Source: Wallemia ichthyophaga EXF-994 (taxonomy: Eukaryota; Fungi; Basidiomycota). Taken from it: a stretch of DNA of 124,000 bases. Positions 39,733-52,376 of this stretch are shown one piece after another. Each line of letters begins with the position of its first letter. Position 1 is the stretch's first letter. The stretch lies in NCBI RefSeq assembly GCF_000400465.1, contig NW_008806285.1, positions 144,001 to 268,000 of the forward strand, given 5' to 3'. A program made the position numbers and the translations under genes. The notes under the pieces were generated by a model. It was not told the origin of the DNA. It worked only from the letters and a program-made list of their open reading frames with translations, and ran no database searches.

Positions 39733-41163
39733 ATGTCAAATCGCAGGGATGTTGGCAAAATAGCAGTTGATCGTTAGTGCGCTTATAATATCAAGTGAAA
39801 TATTTAATTTTAATCCAGTTATGGCTTTCGCTGCTGGACAAGTAAGCCTTCAATCCCAACGCCTTTAAATGGCTTACGTTTATAGGCTGTAATATTCTAT
39901 ACGCTTAGAGTGGGTGGCGTGCATCCGTATGATCAGTTTTCTGAACAATACCAGTACCTTCTTAACTCAAACGATCCACTCAAATCTAAGCGTCAAGGCA
40001 CCAAGAGTAAATCAACTCAGATTCTTGAAAGATTAGGCAGAAATAACGTTACTCTGAATGAATATGAAGGTGTGTATCGATTCACCTGTAAAGAATCATT
40101 CTCACCTCCCTCTAGAGGTCATCGCATGCGAGATCGTACTCCCAGAAGAGATCAGCACCACATTCGACGATATTGGTGGATTACAGCATATCGTTTCAAA
40201 CCTCAAAGAAAACGTCATCTACCCACTCAAATTACCTGGCTTATTCACCGGTGGCTCTAAGAATCTATTAAGTCCTCCAAGAGGCGTTCTTCTTTATGGT
40301 CCTCCTGGTTGCGGTAAGACTATGCTGGCAAAAGCTCTTGCTAGAGAGTCGAACGCTACCTTTATCAATATGCACGTTTCCACTCTGACTGATAAATGGT
40401 TCGGAGAATCTAACAAACTTGTCGCTGCTTTGTTCTCTCTCGCAAAGAAATGTCAACCTTCAATCATTTTCATCGATGAGATAGACAGTTTCCTCCGTGA
40501 ACGCGGTAAAGGCGATCATGAGGTTACAAACATGATGAAAGCTGAGTTCATGACGTGAGTTTGGTGTACCACTGCATAACTAATCTAATTCACCAACCTC
40601 AGCTTCTGGGATGGGCTTTCTAGTGAAGCAAATGATAGAATACTCGTTCTTGGCGCTACCAACCGCCCAAATGACATTGATCAAGCGATTCTCAGGCGTA
40701 TGCCTAAACGCTACCCTGTCAAAGTTCCAAATAATGATCAGAGAAAGAACATATTAAGTTTGGTGTGTTTGATTTTGACTTTGAAACTCACTCACATTCT
40801 TCAGATCCTCAAAGACTGCGCAATCAGCTCAAACTTTGACATCAATCAGCTAGTAGATATTACTACTGGACTGACAGGCTCAGATTTACATGAGCTATGC
40901 AGAAACGCAGCCATGATACCAATGAGAGAGTTGATGAGAAAGCATGATCCTAGCACACTAGAACAGGACATTGAAGTGGGTCTAAAAATTTTCTTTCTAG
41001 ACCATTAGCTAATCTTGACCAACAGAACATTAAACCAAGACAATTAAATATTGCAGATTTCACTACAGCATCAATGGAGAACGAAGACGACATGCCAGTG
41101 TACGATCCAAGTATAGACGGCAGGATAAGACAGATTAGTGATTCTTTAGGAGGCTTAGATTAA
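39733..41163 (+). CDS. MSP1: Mitochondrial/peroxisomal AAA extractase Msp1/ATAD1
   Basis: N-terminal TM segment, [35 protein letters not shown]. Confidence 0.92.
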
Positions 41164-41261
41164 TACACAGATTAGACTAATTTATACACCCAGCACTCTT
41201 CAAACAAGAATTTTGTAGTAATATCTGCATGAATGTACACCCAAATAATAAAATATCCCGC

Positions 41262-41980
41262 TTAACGGTTGGACTTGGCAACACGCTCAAGTTCATCCTT
41301 CTTCTTGATGGCGTATGAGTTAGATGAACCCTTTGAAGCGTTGATGAGCTCGTCAGCAAGACATTCAGAGACACTCTTGACGTTACGGAAAGCAGATTCA
41401 CGGACACCGATGGTGAGCAAAGCAATAGCTTGGTTGACACGACGGAGTGGTGAAACATCAACAGCTTGGCGACGAACGGTACCTTGGGAACCAATTCTGG
41501 TTGAGTCTTCACGTGGACCAGTGTTGACAACAGCGTCAACGATGGTTTGTAATGGGTTTTGGTCGGTGAGCAAGTGAATGATCTCGCAAGCGTGTTGAAC
41601 AATACGGACGGCCAATTGCTTCTTACCGTTGTTACGGCCGTTCATCATCAAAGAGTTGACGAGACGCTCAACGATTGGCATTTGAGCCTTCTTGAATTGC
41701 TTGTTGGCGTAACGACCAGCCGTGTGTGGGAGGTAGACTGGGTGACGGACTTGAATGTAGTCGGTAAGTGAGATGTCCTTGACTTCGACGCTATTGCACG
41801 GTTAGATAAATTTGACTAAAGAGTAAAGACCGACTCTTGGGCGTCCCACTTGCCGAAGAGCTTGACACCGGCAAGACCACCTTCTGGTGGAGCAGTAGCA
41901 GTGATCTAAGCTTTGTAAGAAACGTCTTCTCCAGCTACTAAACCACTTACTTCACTTGGGAGAGTCTTGACTGGGGCCAT
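41262..41980 (-). CDS. RPS5: 40S ribosomal protein uS7
   Basis: [21 protein letters not shown]...[13 protein letters not shown]. Confidence 0.98.
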
Positions 41981-42288
41981 TTCTACAATCTAGAGGGGCG
42001 CAAGGCATTCGTTAGAATAGTATGCGGACTCCCGTACAATAGACATACTCAGGTGTACGCTATGCTTTATTAGCAGATATTTTGGTGTAGCCGCAAAACT
42101 CACAGTCCTCGCTAGGAGCAAGAAGGGTTGATAAAATTTCAAGGTGAAAAAGGCCTGGAAAAATTTATAAAAGTACAAAATGAATCTTAAATGGCTCTTT
42201 AGATTTGTTGAAGCAGTCATCACCCTCGTCTTGCTGCTTCATATCGCAAAACTGTGCCTACCTAATCCAACACAAGGTGATTTAGATC

Positions 42289-42726
42289 CTAGTACGGTGG
42301 CCGATACTGGGGCTGGTATGGTGGATGAAAGGGCATTGGCGCCGGTATTGGAGTGAAAGAATTCCTGTCTGCTTGCCAACCTGGATTGCGTTAAAGATGC
42401 GTAGTAACGCAGGCTGAGAGACTCACTGCAGATGTTACAGAACCAAATATGATCTGATCCAAATGGGATTATCGGTAGGAAGCAGAATTCAAACCATCTC
42501 CTTGACTGCAAGATGATTAAGCGATATTTTCAATGAAGTCAGCACTCAGCGCACCTTGAATGGAACGAGTGCACCGTTGTTGCAGTGTGGGCATAGCAGA
42601 GGCTGTGTAGGTTGTTGTCCATCTGGCTTTAACTTTACAGGACAGCTAACTGAACAGCCAATGAGCTAGAGCTAGCGACGCAGTGAGATCAAACCCACAA
42701 CTGAAGCAGAGTGGAATAAAATCCAT
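42289..42726 (-). CDS. Small zinc-ribbon protein with Pro-rich tail
   Basis: CPHCNN...RWFEFCFLPIIPF...WFCNICSW across short exons. Confidence 0.65.
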
Positions 42727-42855
42727 TGCTAAAGCCCCTCAAAGAATGTATAACTTCTCAAGCTAATGGAAGTTGAATTAAAGCCAAGATACATTCATCA
42801 CGCTAGCATTTTACTGAATAATTTGTATAGAAATATACACAACCGTCTAATCAGT

Positions 42856-43471
42856 TTAAGCTGAAGTCAAACGACGTTGAGCAGCCACTTGACGCTTGTT
42901 ACCGTGGATCTTCTTTGGTTGGTTCACATCGACATCCTTGTTACGGGCAACTTGCTCGTCTGGAACAGCCAAGGTGATTTCAATGTGGCATGGGTTACCT
43001 TGGTAAGGGTTGATACGACCGTGAGCACGGTAAGTACGACGACGGGTTTTCTAAGCGTCTTGTAAGAATCTTCAAATTTTTTGCGCATAGCGCACAACTC
43101 ACTGGAGCAGCTTGAACGACAATGTGCTTAATCAAAAGTTCGTCAGTGTCAAGCGACTTAGCGTCAGCGTTGGCTTCAGCGTTCTTGAGTAATCTGAGAA
43201 CGTAGCCAATTGACTTGACTGGCCAACGACCTTGAGTGGTACCGTGGTTCTTAGCTTGAGCGGCTCTACCAACACCACCGTTGAAGCGACGGAATGGAAT
43301 GATATCCCTGTGCTCTTGGACATCACCGAGGTACTTGTAAGCCTTTGAAAGCTTCAAGCCGGTGAGAGCAGCAGCAACTTCACGGGTGTTCTTGAAGTGC
43401 GTACGCAAGTGCTGGCCACGAGCTTTGGCTGTCTTCTCTGGATTCTCAGCATTGTGTGCGTAGCGTACCAT
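42856..43471 (-). CDS. RPL17: 60S ribosomal protein uL22
   Basis: [31 protein letters not shown]. Confidence 0.98.
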
Positions 43472-43819
43472 CTTGACTTCTTCGGTGTAGCTCGTCGAGA
43501 AAGGTGGCTTGAAGTTTTACCAGCTCAACTTAAAATGAAAATTATGAGAATAGAGCATCAAGAGGTTGTTTATCAGGCGTACTATTCATTATATAACCTG
43601 CTTTGTAAAATTCTAAAGCCTTTTTCTCTCATATTTCTGTTTGACTAGTCTTCCTGGTCAGCTATATGAATATTATTATTGTAGCTCATCAGCAGGGAAA
43701 TGCTGACTGGAATCTAATCAATTTGCTGCCCCATAACTTCCAGCCTAAACACTTCCGGTGAAGTATACGCAGCTTTGGTGCGGCTAATTGTATGAACGAG
43801 TTAGGATGATCGCATTGAT

Positions 43820-44690
43820 ATAAGTGTTTAGTACATTGTTTAGTGTTATAATGCATTGTAGCAACCATTTCTCTCGTTGCATCCCACAAGCGCTCAATAT
43901 GGAACTCGTCTCTACATATCTGATGGATTCAAGATGCGTTTATGCAATGACAGGGCGATTTGAATTGTTCTTTTAGTACTACTAGACGCTTGTAGTAGTG
44001 CTAACCATACGATAGAGTCAATTCTGCTCAAGGCACCCTCCAACTGACCAATTTAGCGAGAAGATAGGCGTAAAGATACCATATACTGACAATTTGAACA
44101 TTTTAGCAATATCATCGTTTTCATGGCATCTTCAGCATTCCGATACATCCCCATAACAACTATCCGCTCAATAGTCATCGAGTCGAATTTTCCTAATACC
44201 ATCTATCTCATCTCAGATGGTGATTTACGAGTTTTAATGATCCCCAAATAAAAAAGCTTGTTTTATAGCTTTAAATGAGCTCTACAAGATCTTACAAGAA
44301 CTATTTCCCTGAACCTTCATTTGCGCCCTGTAGGTTGTTCGGTAGTTGCATTTCGAGATCGTACGCTATTAGAGAGATATAGGGATTTAACGCGCTTAGT
44401 CGACAGAACAGATTATAATAACTGATGGAGACTTCAAGAACCCAGAAATCTCAAGCGCTCACCCTTGTAGACGTGATTTACGTTTTCCGACAAGTAGCGT
44501 CCACAGGACTAAATGCTGGCTCCAGGGAAGAAGCCAGGACATTCCGGATCATTACACGCCTATTGCATACAAATTATGCAACAAAAAAACAAGCGTCATC
44601 CCAACTCTGTAAATCGGGACTCTAGCTTCACCTGGTGCATTTCGAGATGTCACATAATGGGGGCGGAGGAGTGATTAAGCATGCATTAGA
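43820..44690 (-). pseudogene. Degenerate coding relic, copy 2 (homologous to 29080-29960)
   Basis: Shared blocks such as ccaaataaaaaagcttgt, gtctctacatatctgatg, ctgacaatttgaaca, ctggtgcatttcgagat; many in-frame stops. Confidence 0.6.
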
Positions 44691-45358
44691 ATTGCATAGG
44701 TCGGCTTAGTAGGTATATATGTTTTTTGATACCAAGTCACACCCTTTGCAGCATGCCATATCTAGCTGCTAGCTGGACGAGTGCAGAGCACTTCGCTGCG
44801 CTATCGGCAACAAACATATCTGCAAACGTCTCATAGAGCTAATTACTACTAACAGGAGCTAATGTTACTTTAATTAGCAGTCGTCAAGGTGTTATGGCGA
44901 ACTAAATCACGTCATCCTCTGAGATTGCAACGTCATTCCAACTCTCAAAGTTCAATCATAGGCGGAAGAGTACAATGAAGTCGAATCAGTTTACATGAGT
45001 GATGACAATGAAATATTGAGTTAATGTGAGCAAGTTTGCTGCTGAATGATCACCTTTGATACCTGCCAATTAGCGAGAGAGAGGGGGATGAACGGCAGTA
45101 ATTCATCATATCGATAAAAGTAGTCGTACTACAACTAGATTTACGTGCAACGCCTATGTCCTCCTTCCACTTGATAACCTTGGTGGGGACGACGATCTGA
45201 ATATGCGTGTGTTTTCAATGTTCAAGGATGATCTTTGCACTTTGCATTTAGAGATATCAAAGCCATCTTTGGTAGCATAAGTCAGGCACTGGTCCAAAAC
45301 GCATAATGTGCACATTGTGAAGATAAACTTAAATATATAAAACTGTACAAAACTTTGA

Positions 45359-46754
45359 TTAGTTTGCTGCGATCGATGGAGGTTGCACTGTGCTAGGCGC
45401 TACCGGAGCCGCTGAAGCAGATTCGTTGGAGAGGTTACTGCTCACTTTACCACCAGCTGTTTTTCTTCCAGCTGATCGTAAACCAAAACAAACTCACGCT
45501 TTATCTTCTCCCAGCTCTTTGGATCGAAGAAGATATAGCTACCACGTTCAAGCATTGGTGTCTTCTGCACTGGCTCAGATCCGGATTCTTTAGTCAACCA
45601 AAGTCCTAAATCCTTGTGATATCTCCAGTTTCTGTTGAATCTGAGAAGGTATTAGCTTGTTTTCGGTGAAAATAGAAAAGCCACGCTCACAATTCAATTG
45701 CTGCTACTTGCTGCATTACATCCTTTGCGTGAGTGTAGAATATGTAGAAGAGGGTTTCGTCGTGGAATTCTGCGACCTTGGTGAATGCTGGTGGTGGTGG
45801 TTGGACGTTGTAACAAGCAGGTAGTGTGAACTCTGGTTCTAGTGTAGCTGCATCTCTGGCATTGTTGTCGGAAAATGGTGACACGAACGTCGAGTTAAGC
45901 ATTCTTCAGCTGTGTCAGAGGTAATGATCGAGTTGAGTATTCGTACATACGTCGGAGAGCTCAAATCCAGTCCAAGATTTGTCAAATCAGATCCCAAAGC
46001 CAGCATTCCCATATCAGACGACGACATTCTTATTATGTTCAACAATCCTAACAATCCAAACCTGTCAGCAGGCGATACTAGCACTTGCTGAGCCGGGGTC
46101 TGAGCCATAGGTAGATTGGGTTGTTGGGCGTTTGGATTTTGTGCAGCGGTCATTTCGAACATGAAATTCTAAGCCACGTGATCAGCAGATAGGAGCTAGG
46201 TATAAAGTCAAACATACTCTTTTGTCCCTCTGTGAAGCTGCGTTTGAAGCAGATGCAGGTGCGGGTGTCCTCGAAGTGTTGGAAGGGAAGTATGGCTGTC
46301 GTATAGATTCACTGGATTTAGGCTGTACACCGTTTAGACTACTCTGATCAGAAGAAAGAGCAGGAAATTCATCCTGATTTAGAGCCGAGGGAGCTGTAGG
46401 CTGGGAATAATGATTTTGCTGCTGCTGACTTTGTTGAGTAGGAGCACCTAAAGCGGGGAAATCATTTGGATCGAGCCTAGGTTCTGACTGGCTAGGTATC
46501 ACGCCGACATTGAGCAACTGCGATTGATTACTGCTGTTGTTATTGATTGGATGAGCTTGTGCAGCTGTCACGGGAGAAGGACCTGCGTAGGGGAACGAAT
46601 TTTGCCTCGGATTAGAATTAGGCGTCAAGCTTGGCTGATTAAAGCTTTGCCTCTGTTGTTGCTGCTGCTGGATAGGCGCGAAACCTCGCAATACGTGTGG
46701 CGCTGCTAAATACGGCGCATAAGGAGGTCTAAAAGGAAGATTTGGAGGGTTCAT
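45359..46754 (-). CDS. NOT2: CCR4-NOT subunit Not2
   Basis: DRFGLLGLL, LALGSDLTNLGLDL, FTLPACYNV, FHDETLFYIFY, RNWRYHK. Confidence 0.88.
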
Positions 46755-46873
46755 AGATTGCGGCCTTTGGGGAGTTTGCCCTGTATCTGATTTAATTAGT
46801 TTAAAAAATTAGGCTGAGTAGACTAACTCATAGTTCTTGTCCAAGAGAGACGGCCAACGACAACGACGACGAT

Positions 46874-48494
46874 ATGAGCGATAGCTACACGAAAGACGAA
46901 TTGATCTCAATATTCAAGCAATTCAAATCTGATAAATCGAACAGAGTGTGCTTCGATTGTCCAGCTAAGAATCCAACTTGGGCATCTGCGACGTATGGCA
47001 TTTACATTTGCTTGGACTGCAGCTCAATACATAGGAATATGGGCGTACATCTGTCATTCGTTAGATCTACAACGCTTGATAGCTGGAATTCCCTGCAACT
47101 GCGTACGATGAGATGCGGTGGTAATCAATCTGCAGTGGATTTCTTCAATACCCACGCAGGAGGTCACTTGTTGAACGATTCAGACGTAAAAGCAAAATAT
47201 AACTCAGGAATTGCAAGATTATACAAGCAAGAACTCGCAAAGAGGGTTGAGAAAGACCACATTGAGTGAGTTTACTCGTTTCCGGTGTGCAAACACTCAT
47301 TCCTTATCTTTTATAAAGTTTTCCTGGGAAAGTCCTTGTCCCTGGCACTCAATCTGTTGCTAAACCTGAAAGTAGAGTTGAAGACGACTTCTTCAACAAC
47401 TGGGATAAGCCTTCCTCACCTGCCCCAGCTGCGGATCCGGCAAGCAAGCCAGCTGGACCTCCAACTATTGGCAGAACTGTCTCTCAAACTAGCGCGACTT
47501 CGATACCTTCAGACAGCACCGGGACTTCACCCCAAACTCAAGTTTCTCGACCTTCCTCAACTCCTAGAACAATCTCTTCAGCATCTCTTAGACAACCGTC
47601 CAGCTCAGCTCGCCCTGCAAAATCAACTTCAAAGCTCGGCGCATCCAAGTTTGGCGCAAAGAAAGCCTCAACTCCGTTCAACTACGATGAAGCTGAGAAG
47701 AAGGCTCAGTTGGAAAGTGAGAGATTGAAAGCAGCAGAATTGGAGGCTCATAAGCGTGCTGAAGAAGAAATGACCAAGCAAGCAGCTCAAGCTGAAGCAG
47801 ATGCTGCGGCTACTGCTATTTCTGCACAAAATGCTGAAAAGGCTCGTAAAGAGGCTAAGACCGCTAGTCCATCAGTAGAGAAGCTTGAACCACGAATGGC
47901 TAGACTTGGATTTGGTCAGACAACCGGTGCAAAGAGTACTCCTTCAGCCTCGACGTGAGTGCGTCGATTGTCTATCGACTTAGCTCACAAATACAGACCA
48001 AGCTTCAAATCAACTAAGGATGATGCACCAACTACGGCCAGAGACAAGTTTGGTGGTCAAAAAGGTGATTGAACCCTTACCATACCCACTGATTACTAAC
48101 TTATTCACAGCGATTTCATCTGATATGTACTTTGAACGCGGTAATTACGACGCAGACGAAAGTGCCGCTGCACAAGGCAGGCTCAGAGAGTTTAATGGAC
48201 AAACGGCCATCTCATCTGATGCCTATTTTGGAAGAGAACGGAACTCGTTTGACGAAGATGACCAAGCAAATGAAGGAATGCTCGGCAGTGGTGATACCTA
48301 TCAGCAACTTGAAGACACAGCGAGAGACTGGGCTCAAAGAGTTGCTGCAAACCCAGATGTTCAACAACTTGGAGAGGGAATACGTGCTGGTGCACTTAAA
48401 GTGAGTAGATATCGAAGCATTAGTTACATAACAAATACTAATGTAAATTCAGCTTTCAGACTACCTTGCATACTGGTCAACTGAACAACGCTAA
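46874..48494 (+). CDS. GLO3: ArfGAP Glo3/ARFGAP2-3
   Basis: [13 protein letters not shown]...[20 protein letters not shown]; AISSDAYFG repeats. Confidence 0.92.
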
Positions 48495-48588
48495 GGGGTA
48501 AATTTTTTGTCTTATTCTTCATTTGTACCGCTTCATACCAACACATTCCAAAAAGATTGATTTTATTTAGGGCTGGATTCAAACGTCT

Positions 48589-49231
48589 ATGAAAGACGGA
48601 AAAGAATCGAAAGAGAGTACAATAAGGAATGGGAGATTTGCAAAGCTACGACCTATTCACGTCGAAAACGTTGGTGCGTTTGGAACTGAGAGTGATAAAA
48701 TAACAGGTTGAATATTGTATCGATAGGTACCGTCGCAAGAGATCACCTGGCATCCGAAAGAACATGGCTAAGCTATGTGCAAACGTCGTTGGCTATTGCG
48801 TCAATAGGAGTCGGTAGGTTTGTTGAATAACGCTTTAAAAATAATTGATCAAAAGAAAAACAGCAATTACACAACTGTTTGCTATTAAGCCAATAGATAA
48901 TGGCATTGCAGACGATTCAGTATCTCTAGGCAGTCAACAAAATCAAACGCGTGACAATTCGACGAAATACAACAATCCGCGTAATTTTTCGAGACCGCTG
49001 GGAACTATACTAATAGTATTTGGTATAATAGTGTTATTACATGGTGAATCTATCTGCTACACACTCTACGCTGCTTACAACGAATAAGGAATGCTAAGAT
49101 TCATTTTAATACAAACGGCTTTATTAGACGGAAAATTTCCAGTCTTATCTAGAATCGCACTCTTTACATTTACTTTATTACTCGCGCTTTTTTTTATTAC
49201 ATGTTTTGTACTTATAATTATATCCCAGTAG
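48589..49231 (+). pseudogene. DUF202 (YidH-like) membrane protein with an apparent +1 frameshift
   Basis: RDHL/ASERTWLSYVQTSLAIASIG is restored only by deleting one G at 48749-48751 (cac ctg g gca tcc gaa). Confidence 0.65.
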
Positions 49232-49244
49232 CTAGCTTAAGTCG

Positions 49245-49916
49245 ATGAATCTTATTACACCAAAAACAGCGTTTAGACCAAATGACAAGATATCTTTAGC
49301 TATCTTAACACACGCATACAAGCCTTTAGGTGGTTCGAGTAAAGATTATCCACTTGCAATCATGGCAAGATGGCTCAAAGATGCTGGCTATTTCGTCATC
49401 CTCTATGACAGACAGTCGACTACCTGGACAGGTGATGCAGAGGTCAACGAGCTTGAGCATATTCTCAGAGATACTATCTTTACTCGTCTCTCAATTTTCA
49501 CATTATCGAAAGTAATCATTGGTGTACGTTTGTGATAGCAGTGAGAGCTATCTAATTTAGTGCAGGGATACAGTGCAGGCTCTCTGATTGCATCTAGATT
49601 GGCCAAACCGGACTGGATGGAATGTGAAGTCCAATATCTGCTCATATCACATCCCCTGTCAGTTTCTTGGGCGTTGAACTTATTCAGAGGAGCTCAGGCA
49701 CAGCAGTGCTTGCATAGAAATCTCAAACACTGCAAGATGCTTGCAATTTGGGGCACAAATGATCAATTCACTGGTGTTAATCAATACAGACAGTGGAATG
49801 ACGACTTACGCAGTAAATTCCCAAACACTTGGAGCTCAATAGAGGTTGGAGGTGCGGATCATTTCTGGAAGTCGCTTGATACTGTCTACAATAGATTTGT
49901 TGATTGGATTACATGA
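49245..49916 (+). CDS. Alpha/beta-hydrolase fold protein
   Basis: THAYKPLGGS, GYSAGS nucleophile elbow, WGTNDQFT, GADHFW. Confidence 0.8.
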
Positions 49917-49949
49917 TTTAAAGATAACGATAAGCAAGAGATAATTGGA

Positions 49950-50454
49950 TTAAGCACCGTGCATTTTGATAGTTGCTTTTGGTACTCCCTGTTGTTGAGA
50001 AATGAGCAATTGATTGCGCTTGAAAGTCCCACTCACCTCCGATATCAGGAATTCTTGGATCTTGAAACGCTGATCACCTTGCAACTGGATAACTTGACCA
50101 AGTTCCTCATCGTCAACTATAGTACCGTTACAAGCGAACTCCTTTTTAAAAGCTTTCAAGATCTTTTTCAGATCGTATTCTGGTTATAAGGTATCTGATT
50201 AAACCAGGATTCAAATGAATATCCAAGACGTACCTTTAGGAATACCTTGAAGGGTTGTAAGTGTCTTACGACCATTTCTTTGTTGAATTCTAATGTGAAT
50301 GTAGTTTTGTTGGTTACCGACGTTGTTGGCTGACTCGCTGCCACCACCAAAGTCTTCGTCTACTGCGAATGGGTCTGTAATAAATATGAGTATTACCTAT
50401 CATGTCATTTAGTGTATTGTTACCATCTTTTGAGAAATTTTGGATTGTTGCCAT
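49950..50454 (-). CDS. SUI1: Translation initiation factor eIF1
   Basis: IRIQQRNGRKTLTTLQG, KKEFACNGTIV, VIQLQGDQR. Confidence 0.97.
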
Positions 50455-50729
50455 CGTCAGAGTCTGTTGTCAGGATTCAAACTTGACGACTAAAGGGAAA
50501 TTGTGCGGTGAAAATGTGTATGAAATATATTCCAAACGATAGCAATGGTGCAGTGTGTGTTTTTCACGCTTTGTATTTCAGTATTGAGTGTCTTCTGTGA
50601 TTGGTTGGAGGTTAGATATACTCAGAGATACGCAAAAGAACCGGTAGCAAGTGAGGGATGTACGATTACCGGAATTATTGATGTGTTTTCCTCAAGTTTA
50701 TTTCTTAAATTCAAACGACCATCTCGTCT

Positions 50730-52137
50730 ATGCACGACTTCACCAAATCTTTGAACAACAGAGAGAAGCTGCTGCTTTGCCAGTATATCAATGAGCACAA
50801 CTTTAATTGGAACCTAATACCACGCTCCCTGTCAAGTCATCCACTCCTTCTATCCAGGTCACCGGGATTTTTCACTTCAGATGTTGGTACAGAGGACGCA
50901 ATAGAAGCCCAGCTGACTGTTCGTAGAGTTGTAAAGTCGCTTATAACGATCTTTTACTGGAATTGGAACTCGAAGCGTAAGTTACGAAAAGACGCAAAGC
51001 ATTTCTCACGAAATAGCAGTGATAACACAAAATACTCAAAGGATTTGCAATGTTGGTGGTTTTTTTTACGGAGAAACAAACAATCTGATCGTTTTACAGC
51101 TCGACCGCAACTGAAGTTAGCGAAAAAGTACTTCAAATTGCATGTTGACGAGATCAAGCAATCCATATGGCAGCAAGAGCGCGACTTTAGAGCTGTGCTG
51201 CAAGATCTGCATAACATGAAGAATAATCAAGCTGAGACATCACAAGAATCCAGTACACGCAAAGAAGCTTCACCTCGACCACCTATTCATAGCGAACGAG
51301 ATAACCAAGAACCAGAAGTTCTACAGGAGAGACTCACATCAAAGGAATCAGCTTCGCGAGAACCAAATCCGAAAGAACAAACACCTGAGGAAGCAGTTGT
51401 TCAGGAACTTGAATCAGAACCACCATTACAGATTAAAGAGTCACAAGACGGTGATGCTGCGATGAACCAATTACCAGAAGAGCATGCGACAAACGATTCC
51501 AATACAAATGATCCCGAAGAAGCAACGCCGAGAGAGCCTGATTCACCTGCTAAAGAAGTTATCGCCGATACACCAAAGAGCTCTGAGGATATGCAGGTGG
51601 ATATGAAGCCAGAGGAAGTCAGAGAGACACGTAGAACATCAAAGAGGAAGAGTGCAGCGGTTGAGAACACCAACAAGAGGTCTCCAGCCACACCGAATGA
51701 AACACCAGAAGATACGGCGAATGCGAATAGCAAGCGTAGAAAGTCTACGCTGGATGACACACAAAGAAAAACACAGAAGGTGCTTCTGCTGTGTCTACAG
51801 GATATTACAACCCACAAAGCAGGTATAGTTTTTGAACAACCAATAAGGGCAAATGAAGCGCCAGGATACCACGATGTTGTTTATTCACCAACAGATCTCA
51901 CAACTATAAAGAGAAAAATACGTGATGGACAGATAACATCAGCACAGCAATTCAAAGCCAACGTGCTTTTGATGTTCGCGAATAGCATAATGTACAATCC
52001 ACCATCGAGTGATGTACATGAGATGGCGCAAGAGGTGAGTGATTAAAGATGGCATGAAGGACTAATTAAATGGTTGAATACAGATGATGAAATCAAGCGA
52101 GAACCTAATAACAGAATTTCTATCAAACTACGAATGA
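50730..52137 (+). CDS. Bromodomain protein (Brd8/Bdc1-like)
   Basis: C-terminal bromodomain VFEQPIRANEAPGYHDVVYSPTDLTTIKRKI...LMFANSIMYN. Confidence 0.75.
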
Positions 52138-52376
52138 TGAATGTAAAGTAAATGTATGTTGTAAATTAGTGTGTCAGCTGGACTCAGGGAGTGATGTCAC
52201 TCGGTATGTAAACTCTACAAAGAGACGGTAAGTTGGTGTATAAATGAGTTTACATGTAAATTTAAAGTAAAATTCAAATATTGCAGATTGTCCATTTTCG
52301 TTTAACGCGTTGCGGTGCCCGAATCCACGCGCGTCCACGGCTCTTGCTTTAAATCATTGCAACGATAAAATATTAA

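Noticed and set aside
44999-45050. gtgatga...ctga as a C/D snoRNA
   Set aside because: Box spacing too short, no terminal stem, no recognisable rRNA guide.
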